From: an uncultured bacterium
GTDB lineage: Bacteria; Acidobacteriota; HRBIN11; JAKEFK01
Length of the DNA: 64,000 bases
Assembly: GCA_963777505.1 (NCBI GenBank)
Contig: CAVZQN010000004.1
Coordinates: forward strand, 640,001 to 704,000
Reading direction: 5' to 3'
A program made the translations under genes and the position numbers. Numbering within the stretch: position 1 is the stretch's first letter; each line of letters opens with the position of its first letter. Below are positions 1 through 9,019 of the stretch, in pieces. The notes under the pieces are model-generated. The model was not told where the DNA came from and ran no database searches. It saw only the letters and a program-made list of their open reading frames with translations.

Positions 1-1
1 T

Positions 2-3000
2 GTGCTTTATATTTCCCCTTTGAAAGCACTTGCAGTAGATATTGAAAGGAATTTGCGTGCACCGATTGCTGGAATTTCCTTGATGGCAGAAAAGGATCAA
101 GTTCCGTTTGTAATTCCATCGATCGCGATCCGCACAGGTGATACACCTTCGCGTGACCGTGCGCATTTTTTGCGGACCCCTTCCGACATTTTAATTACAA
201 CACCCGAATCCCTTTACTTAATGTTGACAAGCAACACGCGTGAAGTGCTCAGGTCTTTGCGCTGTGTAATTGTGGATGAGATTCATGCGCTGGCAAATAC
301 GAAGAGAGGCGCGCATCTGGCCGTTTCATTAGAGCGTCTTCAAGCCGTTGCAGATCAGTCGTTTCAACGAATTGGACTTTCAGCGACTCAGAGACCTCCT
401 GAAGAAGTCGCGCGTTTTTTAGGCGGAGGTGAAATCAAAAACGGAGTTTGGTCGCCGCGTGCAGTTGAGATTGTTGATGCCGGCCATCGGAAAGATCTGG
501 ATTTACAGGTCGTTGTACCGGTTGAAGATATGAGCCGTATCGGCGAAATTCTTGATCACGTGCCGTCAGGACCTGCCGCTCAAGGACTCGCGCGAAAAAG
601 TTTATGGCCTTCGTTGTATCCCAAACTGCTCCATTTAATCCGAACGCATCGCACCACTCTTGTTTTTGTAAACAATAGACGGCTCGCTGAACGGATTGCA
701 TCGGCAATTAATGAACTTGCCGGACAAGAAATCATGCGTTCCCATCATGGTTCGGTTTCACGCGAACAGCGGATTGAAATTGAAGAAGATTTGAAAGCAG
801 GGCGGATTCCAGCAATCGTTGCAACTTCATCCCTTGAGCTTGGTATTGATATGGGGACAATCGATCTTGTCGTCCAAATTGAAGCCACACCGAGCGTTAC
901 AAGCGCGTTGCAGCGGATCGGCCGTGCAGGTCATCAGGCCAGTGCAACAAGTAAAGGCGTTTTGTTTCCGAAATTTAGAGGCGATCTTGCAGCCTGTGCC
1001 ACGTTAACGAAATTGATGCTCAATGGCGAAGTAGAGGAAACACATTATCTTCGTAATCCGCTGGATATTCTTGCGCAACAAATCGTTGCAATGGTTTCTG
1101 TTGAAACATGGAAGGTGGATGATCTCGAAAGAGTCATCCGGCAATCAGCACCTTTTGCGGATCTAACGCGTGGAATGCTTGAAAGTGTTTTAGAAATGCT
1201 TTCGGGAAGATTTCCATCCGATGACTTCGTCGAACTTCGTCCGCGAATTGTTTGGGACAGAATCGAAGAGACAGTTCGTTCAAGACAGGGCGCAAAACAG
1301 ATTGCAATTACAAATGGTGGAACGATTCCGGATCGCGGTCTCTATGGTGTTTTTCTGGCTGGAGCAGATCCAGGTAAAGGCAGAGTTGGTGAACTGGATG
1401 AAGAGATGGTTTTCGAAACTCGCGAAGGTGAAACTTTTCTGCTTGGTGCTACAACCTGGCGTGTTGAAGATATTACGCATGATCGTGTGGTTGTTTCTCC
1501 CGCGCCTGGTCAGCCTGGCAAAATGCCATTTTGGAGAGGTGAAGGAAATGGCCGCAGCATGGAATTTGGCAAAGCAGTAGGGAGCTTGATTCGCAATTTG
1601 AAAAAGCTTTCCGATGAGGATGCGGAGGCAAAATTAATACAAGAGCATCGGATGGATGATTGGGCAGCTAAAAACCTGATCGCCTATTTGCGCGAGCAGC
1701 AGGAGAAAGCGGGTGCAATTCCAGATGACAAAACGATTGTAATTGAACGTTATAGTGATGAACAGGGAGACTGGCGTGTTTGTATCCTTTCGCCATTCGG
1801 AGGGCGCGTACATGCTCCATGGGCTCATGCGATTGAATCAGTGATCCGTCAAAAAACCGGAGTCCAGGCTGAGACCATGTGGAGCGATGATGGAATTGTG
1901 ATCCGCCTTCCGGAAACTGAAGAACCGCCGGATGTTAGCTTGTTTATCGTTGATCCGGAAGAAGTGGAATCACTGGTAGTTCAGCACATGGGTTCGTCAG
2001 CCCTATTTGCTTCACGTTTTCGTGAATCAGCTGCGCGCGCTTTACTGCTGCCGCGGCGATATCCAGGCCAGCGTTCGCCGTTATGGCAACAACGAAAAAA
2101 AGCTGCAGATCTCTTGCAAGTCACATCGAAGTATCAAAATTTTCCGATCATTCTGGAAACATATCGGGAACTACTGAAAGACTACTTCGACATGCCAGGA
2201 CTTGTGAAACTTCTGCGCGATATCCGCAGCCGGAGTATCCAGCTGACTACAGTCAATACACGAAAACCATCGCCTTTTGCTTCTTCATTGATGTTTGGAT
2301 ATGTCGGTAACTTTATTTATGAAGGTGATGCTCCATTGGCCGAACGAAGGGCGCAGGCTTTATCGATCGATCAAGCGCAATTGCGGGAGCTTTTGGGGGA
2401 AGCCGAATTTCGTGAATTGCTTGATGCTGATGCAATTCAAATTTATGAAATGCAGCTTCAGCATTTAGATCCTTTCCACAAAGCAAGACATGAGGATGCT
2501 TTGCATGAAATGTTGATGCGTATTGGGGATCTAACTGAACAAGAAATATTCGTACGATGTACGGCATCCACTGATGAAGTCAAGAAATGGATTCATCAAC
2601 TTCAACAATCCCGCAGAATTATTGAGATTCCGATTGCAGGTGAATCTAGATGGATTGCAGCGGAAGATGCTGCACGCTTTCGTGATGCTCTTGGTATGTC
2701 ATTGCCTCAAGGATTGCCTGCGGCTTTTCTTCAAACAGTCACTACGCCACTTTCTGATTTGATTGCGCGGTACGCCAGAACACATGGTCCATTTCATCTT
2801 GAAGAAGCAGCCCAGAGATTCGGCCTGGGAAATGCGGCGGTAAGGATGGTGCTCGAAGGATTGGAAACTTCAAACAAAGTAGTTCAAGGTGAATTTCGGC
2901 CTGGCGGTTCAGGCAGAGAATGGGCCGACGCAAATGTCCTTCGCACTTTACGTTTGAAATCGTTAGCCAAATTAAGAAAGGAAGTGGAACCTGTTGAACC

Positions 3001-3610
3001 TTCTGCTTACGCGCGTTTCTTGCCTGCGTGGCACAGTGTTGCAAGCGGAAGAAAAGGAACTGAAGCGCTGCTTGATTCAATCGAACAACTTCAGGGTTAT
3101 CCCATCCCCGTATCTGTTTTAGAAAAACAGATCCTACCCGCGCGCGTGCGCGATTACGACCCTCGTGATCTTGATGCGCTCCTTTCTTCAGGAATTGTGA
3201 TGTGGACGGGTGTTGAACCTCTTGGACAAAATGATGGACGCATTGCCCTTTACTTAACGGAACATGCCCCGCGACTTGTTAGGCCGCCTGCTGAAATCGA
3301 AGATCCGGATCCGATTCACGAGATTATTCGCAGGACTCTTTCCTCATCTGGTGCTGTGTTCTTTCCCCAAATTCTTGCTGCCACCGGAAACGCTTTCAAA
3401 GTCGATGTTCTTCGTGCTTTATGGGAACTTGTTTGGGCTGGAGAAGTAACCAACGATACATTGCTCCCTGTGCGTGCGATTTTGAATGCAGGGAAAAAGA
3501 AGCGCAAAGTTGTGAAGGCCGGAATTCCTGAGGCACGATTGAGTGTCCCACCTCAAGGTGCAGGACGATGGTATTTAGTATCAAACATCCTGGCCCAAAC
3601 GGCGGATTAA
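2..3610 (+). CDS. lhr: ATP-dependent DNA helicase Lhr (long form), 5'-truncated by window edge; ends at a frameshift
   Basis: SF2 motifs YISPLKAL, VDEIH, LSAT, HHGSVS, ATSSLELGIDMG, QRIGRAGH; Lhr-typical GGTIPDRG and PFGGRVHAPW. Confidence 0.93.
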   Translation: MLYISPLKALAVDIERNLRAPIAGISLMAEKDQVPFVIPSIAIRTGDTPSRDRAHFLRTPSDILITTPESLYLMLTSNTREVLRSLRCVIVDEIHALANTKRGAHLAVSLERLQAVADQSFQRIGLSATQRPPEEVARFLGGGEIKNGVWSPRAVEIVDAGHRKDLDLQVVVPVEDMSRIGEILDHVPSGPAAQGLARKSLWPSLYPKLLHLIRTHRTTLVFVNNRRLAERIASAINELAGQEIMRSHHGSVSREQRIEIEEDLKAGRIPAIVATSSLELGIDMGTIDLVVQIEATPSVTSALQRIGRAGHQASATSKGVLFPKFRGDLAACATLTKLMLNGEVEETHYLRNPLDILAQQIVAMVSVETWKVDDLERVIRQSAPFADLTRGMLESVLEMLSGRFPSDDFVELRPRIVWDRIEETVRSRQGAKQIAITNGGTIPDRGLYGVFLAGADPGKGRVGELDEEMVFETREGETFLLGATTWRVEDITHDRVVVSPAPGQPGKMPFWRGEGNGRSMEFGKAVGSLIRNLKKLSDEDAEAKLIQEHRMDDWAAKNLIAYLREQQEKAGAIPDDKTIVIERYSDEQGDWRVCILSPFGGRVHAPWAHAIESVIRQKTGVQAETMWSDDGIVIRLPETEEPPDVSLFIVDPEEVESLVVQHMGSSALFASRFRESAARALLLPRRYPGQRSPLWQQRKKAADLLQVTSKYQNFPIILETYRELLKDYFDMPGLVKLLRDIRSRSIQLTTVNTRKPSPFASSLMFGYVGNFIYEGDAPLAERRAQALSIDQAQLRELLGEAEFRELLDADAIQIYEMQLQHLDPFHKARHEDALHEMLMRIGDLTEQEIFVRCTASTDEVKKWIHQLQQSRRIIEIPIAGESRWIAAEDAARFRDALGMSLPQGLPAAFLQTVTTPLSDLIARYARTHGPFHLEEAAQRFGLGNAAVRMVLEGLETSNKVVQGEFRPGGSGREWADANVLRTLRLKSLAKLRKEVEPVEPSAYARFLPAWHSVASGRKGTEALLDSIEQLQGYPIPVSVLEKQILPARVRDYDPRDLDALLSSGIVMWTGVEPLGQNDGRIALYLTEHAPRLVRPPAEIEDPDPIHEIIRRTLSSSGAVFFPQILAATGNAFKVDVLRALWELVWAGEVTNDTLLPVRAILNAGKKKRKVVKAGIPEARLSVPPQGAGRWYLVSNILAQTAD

Positions 3611-4248
3611 CCGTTTCGACTGCACGGGTTGCAGCTTTGGCGAATCAATTATTGAACCGGCTTGGAATTGTTACGCGCGAAGGTGTAGCGGCTGAAAAAA
3701 TAGCCGGAGGATTTTCATCTGTTTATCCTGTTCTGAAATTAATGGAGGAATCTGGAAAAATTCGGCGCGGGTATTTCATAGCCGGACGTGGCGCTGCACA
3801 ATTTGCCTCTGCCGGAGCTTTAGACAGGCTTCGTGATTTTCGAGAGGTTGATTCTGAACCAAATGTTGTACTGCTTGCCGCGTCCGATCCAGCAAATCCA
3901 TACGGCATTGTACTGCCCTGGCCTGAGCGTAGCGATTCTTCACAGCCAGCCCGAATGGCTGGTGCGCACGTAATCCTTATAGATGGGACGCTGGCTGCCT
4001 TTCTTGGGAAAGCAGAAAGGAATTTGCTGACTTTCACTGAGGATGAGCACGTCGAACGTCAGGCATCTGGAATTGCTAGAGCACTTGCGAACGAAGTCGA
4101 ATCAGGCAGGCGCAGGGCAATCGTTATCAGTGCAGTCGATGGCAAACCTCCAGGAGAGACATTTCTTGCATCCGCGCTGCAAAAAGAAGGATTTTTTTCA
4201 TTTACTCATGGCTGGCAAAAACGAGCAGAACGGAAAGATTTGTCGTGA
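3568..4248 (+). pseudogene. lhr: C-terminal segment of Lhr in the -1 frame (split gene or assembly indel)
   Basis: LLNRLGIVTRE, GGFSSVYPVLKLMEESGKIRRGYF, GAAQFA, AASDPANPYG are Lhr C-terminal motifs; they continue directly after GRWYLV in another frame. Confidence 0.8.
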
Positions 4249-4250
4249 AT

Positions 4251-4994
4251 CTATTTGTATGCAGCAGGAGACGAGACAGTTGAATCCGACATACTATTAC
4301 CCCGGATGTCAGAAACAGCAGACACTGCCAGACGTTCCTTGTTCACATGAGATTCGTAACGAGCCATAACTTTTCGAACGAAAGCCTTTGTTTGTCGATA
4401 AGGTGGAACGCCTTTAAACCTGTCGACCGCGCCTTCACCCGAGTTATATGCGGCGATTACCCGTGGCAAGTCTCCATCATAACGGTCGTGTAACATCTTC
4501 AAATGCTTCACACCGGCTTCAATATTCTTTCTAGGGATGAACAGATCCTCGTAAGTTGCACGATAAAGTTTGGCTGTGTGGGGCATTAACTGCATCAATC
4601 CAACCGCTCCCTTGTCTGAAATAGCATTTGGATTGTAATTGGATTCGACAGCCATAACTGCCGCTACCAGTTTCCAGTCCATTCCGTGCTTTTCTGATAA
4701 AGGCAACACCATTTTGGAATATGCGAATATTGGAAGTGGCAACTGATGAGCACCAACCTGCTCCGGTCCATAAGATAGTCTCACATCCGATGTCCCGTCG
4801 TTCAGGGATGTCTCCTTTCGCCATTCTCGAGGCACCACTAACCATCGCAGGTCGACTAATGTGGCCCGGGCGATAAATTCCCTGACTCGAGATGCATTGC
4901 CGGCGTCAGGCTCCATTCCCCATGCAAAGACTTTTGGCAAGACCATCAGTCCAAGCAGAAAAACGAATACACAAAACACAAACTTTCGAAACAT
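4251..4994 (-). CDS. Secreted lytic transglycosylase (SLT domain)
   Basis: Signal peptide; AVESNYNPNAISDKGAVGLMQLMP and AAYNSG motifs. Confidence 0.9.
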   Translation of the reverse strand: MFRKFVFCVFVFLLGLMVLPKVFAWGMEPDAGNASRVREFIARATLVDLRWLVVPREWRKETSLNDGTSDVRLSYGPEQVGAHQLPLPIFAYSKMVLPLSEKHGMDWKLVAAVMAVESNYNPNAISDKGAVGLMQLMPHTAKLYRATYEDLFIPRKNIEAGVKHLKMLHDRYDGDLPRVIAAYNSGEGAVDRFKGVPPYRQTKAFVRKVMARYESHVNKERLAVSAVSDIRGNSMSDSTVSSPAAYK

Positions 4995-5094
4995 TATCCT
5001 GAGTCTCCAGTGGAACGAGTTGAACTATCTGTAGTAAGTATTAAGAAAACTTAAATGGTAGCTTCTATGATCTACTTTCTATTTTCGACTCCCT

Positions 5095-5123
5095 ATAATT
5101 GTTTAATCAGCAGCTTTTGTCAA
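5095..5123 (-). promoter_or_regulatory. Putative sigma70 promoter of the SLT gene
   Basis: Minus strand TTGACA (5123-5118), 17 bp spacer, AATTAT (5100-5095). Confidence 0.55.
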
Positions 5124-5168
5124 GACCACATATTGTGTACGCGCGAATGCAAGTACAATATATTGTGT
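5123..5168. promoter_or_regulatory. Tandem NrdR-box-like operators
   Basis: Minus-strand 16-mers ACACAATATGTGGTCT (5123-5138) and ACACAATATATTGTAC (5153-5168) match acaCwAtATaTwGtgt at 13/16 and 14/16; starts 30 bp apart. Confidence 0.7.
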
Positions 5169-5178
5169 TAGGCAATAT

Positions 5179-6876
5179 TTATTGGATGGACGAAGGGATA
5201 ATACGGCGCGTTTCGGGGGTATAAAACTGTGGTGGGTCGATGGGGGAATAGGTGCTTATGTATTTGACAACGACATCCCGCCAGGGAAGTTCGGAATGAA
5301 CGTGGATCCGTTCCGGGGGGATGTTGTCAAAAACCTCGGATTGGTAATCTCCGCCATTTGTTAGATAGTCGCTTGTTGCTACACCATAAATCTTCTCATC
5401 CTCAAGCGGGTTACCCTCATTATCATGAACTGAGACTAAAAGATTCCGTTCCCAGGTTTCTTGGACCCCATTTCCATCAAGATCTCGATTCCAGGGACCA
5501 GGGGTATCGGGGCCAACATCAAGCTTAACAACCTTGAGTCCAGATATAGGAGCATCCCCAAGGGCACCGCTCAATGCAATTTCAAGCATCCTTCGGAGCT
5601 CCGAACCTTTTAACTGCACAATCGCAACTAGATTCTCGAATGGAAGTACACGGAACAAGTTACCATACGTGAGGTTTCCCTCGGGCAAGTCGTTTCTGAT
5701 TCCCCCCGAATTCAGCACACAGAATTGGGCCTCACCAACCGCTTTTGCTCCCGCCAGAATAGCATCCGCAATCATGTTACCGAGTGGCGTTTCAACCGTT
5801 GAACTTTTCTTAAAGAGGCCCGCCGCTCTACCAATTGGTTTTCTTTTTAAGTCTTCAGCCGCATTTCGATAAGGAGCCAGTGCTTGTGTGATGTCCATCT
5901 GTGTGCTTTTGGCTGGAATTTCGATAAACGGCTCGAACGTTACTTCAAATGATTTCTTTCCACGAATTTTCATTACTCCCACAACCTGGCCGTATAAACC
6001 TGCCTGTAGTACCGGGATGCCTGCAATTCTTTCTTGAACGCGAATATGCGAATGTCCAAGGATGGCAGCATCAATCGTTCCCTCGGGAAGTTTTGAGAAT
6101 ACGGGTAGGATTCCTATATCGTGCCTGTAATCATCGGTTGGACTTCGACGGGGTCCTTCATGTGCGAGTAGAAGGATCACGTCGCAATCTTCTTCTTCGC
6201 GTAGAAGTTCGGCTTCAGCGATCGTGATCGGGTCAATTTCTTCAAATCTTGTACCTGCAACAAACGCCGGACGCGTTATTTTGGCGGTGGTTGATGTGGT
6301 TGCTCCTATGATTCCAATCTTATAGCCGCCCCGTTTCATAACAATTCGTGGTTTGAATAATGTCTTCTGACCAAGTGCGTTACAGAGCATGTCTTTTTCG
6401 GGATTGCACACTTCAACCGGATCCTTGATGAAATTTGCAGAAATCCATTCAAATGTAGCCTGGTTAACGCGTTCTTTAAGATTTCCCAATCCATCTTCTC
6501 CCGGCTTTACCAGAACTCTGTCGGGAACTGCCGGTCCAAAATCAAGTTCGTGATTTCCGATTGCCCCAACATCAAGCTGGATTAAGTTCATGAATTTTAC
6601 AGTTGCCTCTCCTTTGCTGAGATTTCCTTCCAACGATCCTTGAAATAAATCCCCGGCGTCGAGGTAGAGCATTCGATCGCCATATTGTTGTCGAAGGTTT
6701 CTTACTACTGACGCAAGGCCTTCCGCTTTTTCCAGAGCCGAATGGAAATCTGAAGTGGCGACAATTACTAGTTCGTGCGAATTTGGAGCTTGATCTGTCG
6801 AAGCCGGCTTGTGTGAAGTGCAAGAAGAAAGAAAAAGGACTAATGCAATAAGGAGATAATTTAGAACTCGTATCAC
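5179..6876 (-). CDS. Bifunctional 5'-nucleotidase/UDP-sugar hydrolase family lipoprotein
   Basis: Lipobox LSSC; metallophosphoesterase motifs SDFHS, LDAGD, GNHE, GHSH; C-terminal NSGGIR and PFEN. Confidence 0.9.
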   Translation of the reverse strand: MIRVLNYLLIALVLFLSSCTSHKPASTDQAPNSHELVIVATSDFHSALEKAEGLASVVRNLRQQYGDRMLYLDAGDLFQGSLEGNLSKGEATVKFMNLIQLDVGAIGNHELDFGPAVPDRVLVKPGEDGLGNLKERVNQATFEWISANFIKDPVEVCNPEKDMLCNALGQKTLFKPRIVMKRGGYKIGIIGATTSTTAKITRPAFVAGTRFEEIDPITIAEAELLREEEDCDVILLLAHEGPRRSPTDDYRHDIGILPVFSKLPEGTIDAAILGHSHIRVQERIAGIPVLQAGLYGQVVGVMKIRGKKSFEVTFEPFIEIPAKSTQMDITQALAPYRNAAEDLKRKPIGRAAGLFKKSSTVETPLGNMIADAILAGAKAVGEAQFCVLNSGGIRNDLPEGNLTYGNLFRVLPFENLVAIVQLKGSELRRMLEIALSGALGDAPISGLKVVKLDVGPDTPGPWNRDLDGNGVQETWERNLLVSVHDNEGNPLEDEKIYGVATSDYLTNGGDYQSEVFDNIPPERIHVHSELPWRDVVVKYISTYSPIDPPQFYTPETRRIIPSSIQ

Positions 6877-6959
6877 GGTAATCAGTCTAAACGAGAATTG
6901 AATTTGATGGAATGTTTACCTTACTACAAATTGCTTGCTATGCGTATAATGGTTCAGAC

Positions 6960-8291
6960 ATGAAGAACCTGATTCTAACTATATTCATAGTTGGCTGTTT
7001 TTCAGTCCCTGCTTTCTGTCAAGAAGAAGGTTCAACTACCGAGCCGGAAAAGAAAGTACTTACGTTCCGTGGTGAGTTAAAAACACACTTCCGGAATTCG
7101 AACGATACACGCTTTCCACTTCGATTCCCTTTTCCGCCTGATTTTATTCCTCGAGGTCAGAGTCAGGTATTTTTGCGAACAGTTTCCCCTGGTTCTGCAT
7201 TCGAACTAAGCGCTGCGACCATCATTCTTAATTTGGAGGTAACACCAACTGTTCTAGGACGGATTCGGGTGCAGTTTATCGATCTGTATAACAGGAATCC
7301 AACGAGCACAGATCACGCAGTCAATGTAAAAGAAGCGTGGTTTTTATTCGGTAAACGCTGGGAATTTCTAGAAGAGACGGAAGGTTCGCACGTGTACGTT
7401 TTGTTTGGTAAGGCGCCGAAGTTTGAACGTCAACCCGACCGAAACATGGAAAGTTACGGACTGGTTGCCACCGCATTTAACCGGTTGGAAGATCATCAAC
7501 TTCAGATTGGCGGAAATTTAGGAAGTCATTTTTATTGGAGAGGACAAATATCTAGCGGAAATCCAGTTTTCTTTCGCGATCCAAATGCGCTGGCCGGGGA
7601 TAATGGAACGGATGATTTACGATTCCCAAATCCTGAACCAAATCTGAATTCGGGATTCCCGATTTTATATGATGCTGAAGTTGAAGATGTCACTACCGAT
7701 AATCTGGAAGGCGGCGGAGGTCTGGGGGTTCGATTTCAGTCCGAAGATGCTGAGAGGGGAATCGATTTTCTTGCGTTTTATTACAAAAGGACATTAGCCG
7801 ACCGCAAAGAGTTAAATGGAACGTTTTATGGCGGCGATTTGGACCTTTTAGATGGCACTGGTGGAATCGGATTGGCGATCAGCGGACGTAACAAAGAAGA
7901 GTATGGTGGAAACATAGAGGCAAAATTCAAAGGGCTTCATGTTTTTGCGCAAGGTGTTCATCAGGAATTGGCCGGGCTTGAACGAACAGGTTTTGAGATT
8001 GAAACTTCTTTCAGAGCCTCTCTGCCGCCTGCGTTTGCCACAAACGGAAAGCAGCTATTTACATTTGTTCAGCCAGTAGCGCGATTCAGCATGATTGATA
8101 ATGATATTCCGATCAATCCTTTATTTGTTGCGCCGAGTGTTTTTTGGGATTGGGAAAAATATGACTTCGGTGTTCGCCTCGGAATCATTCAACATGTAGA
8201 TCTCACGGCCGAATATTCAATCAATGAAATCACTGCTCCGGTAGATATTAAATTGGATGAGTTCCTGACAACATTACGCTTCCGTTTTTAG
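6960..8291 (+). CDS. Putative outer-membrane beta-barrel protein (start moved to MKNLIL)
   Basis: Signal peptide MKNLILTIFIVGCFSVPAFC; alternating hydrophobic beta-strand patterns; C-terminal LRFRF; TATAAT at 6945-6950. Confidence 0.65.
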   Translation: MKNLILTIFIVGCFSVPAFCQEEGSTTEPEKKVLTFRGELKTHFRNSNDTRFPLRFPFPPDFIPRGQSQVFLRTVSPGSAFELSAATIILNLEVTPTVLGRIRVQFIDLYNRNPTSTDHAVNVKEAWFLFGKRWEFLEETEGSHVYVLFGKAPKFERQPDRNMESYGLVATAFNRLEDHQLQIGGNLGSHFYWRGQISSGNPVFFRDPNALAGDNGTDDLRFPNPEPNLNSGFPILYDAEVEDVTTDNLEGGGGLGVRFQSEDAERGIDFLAFYYKRTLADRKELNGTFYGGDLDLLDGTGGIGLAISGRNKEEYGGNIEAKFKGLHVFAQGVHQELAGLERTGFEIETSFRASLPPAFATNGKQLFTFVQPVARFSMIDNDIPINPLFVAPSVFWDWEKYDFGVRLGIIQHVDLTAEYSINEITAPVDIKLDEFLTTLRFRF

Positions 8292-8311
8292 TCAACTTTG
8301 AGTCGTTGCGG

Positions 8312-9019
8312 TTAAAGACACGATAAAAGTTCATTCAGAGATACGATTTTTTCGGAATGCCAATCGAATCGCTCTAGTCTATCCAGATGAAACGCTCTCA
8401 TTCCAGCGCTTTTTGCAGCTTGATAGTCCAGTACAGGATCATCGCCAATGTAAGTAACATCTGATGGCTGCATGCCAGTTCGTTCCAACGCGATCTGGAA
8501 TATCGCAGGGTGAGGTTTTTCGTATCCAACAAGAGCTGAAACAACAACGGTTTCAAAGTAATCTGAAATTTTTAGTTCATCCAACAATGAAGGGAGTCGC
8601 GAATCCCAATTTGAGATTACCGCGAGACGATATCCTCTTTCTTTAAGGACCTGAAGAACCGTAACGACTTCATCGTATAACCTCCAGGATGCCGTTTCGG
8701 CAAAGCGTTCATACAGATGATGAAAGAACGCATCAAAGTCTTTGAATTCCACGTGACCGCGAAAGACTTCATTCACGATAAATTTCCACCAGTCGCGCTC
8801 TTTTTCGTAAGTCAAACGTTGACCTTGATTTGAAACAAGCGGGTTCATTTTGCTCCAGATTTTTTTGAATGACTCTTCAACAGCTTCGGGTGAAAGATTC
8901 GCGCCAAAGTGTTGAGCTACTTCTGAATAAATGATTCCGACTGATGGATAGACACGTAGGAGCGTATTTCCTGCATCGAAGAAAATTCCTTTTGTATTAT
9001 TTGAAGTCGCCAAAAACAA
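8312..9019 (-). CDS. HAD-IA family hydrolase
   Basis: IFFDAGNTLL, ISNWD, EKPHP, IGDD motifs. Confidence 0.9.
   Translation of the reverse strand: MFLATSNNTKGIFFDAGNTLLRVYPSVGIIYSEVAQHFGANLSPEAVEESFKKIWSKMNPLVSNQGQRLTYEKERDWWKFIVNEVFRGHVEFKDFDAFFHHLYERFAETASWRLYDEVVTVLQVLKERGYRLAVISNWDSRLPSLLDELKISDYFETVVVSALVGYEKPHPAIFQIALERTGMQPSDVTYIGDDPVLDYQAAKSAGMRAFHLDRLERFDWHSEKIVSLNELLSCL

Noticed and set aside
3594-3600. CCCAAAC as a programmed -1 slippery heptamer in lhr
   Set aside because: It is phased X XXY YYZ only in the downstream frame; the zero frame reads GCC CAA ACG, so it is not canonical.
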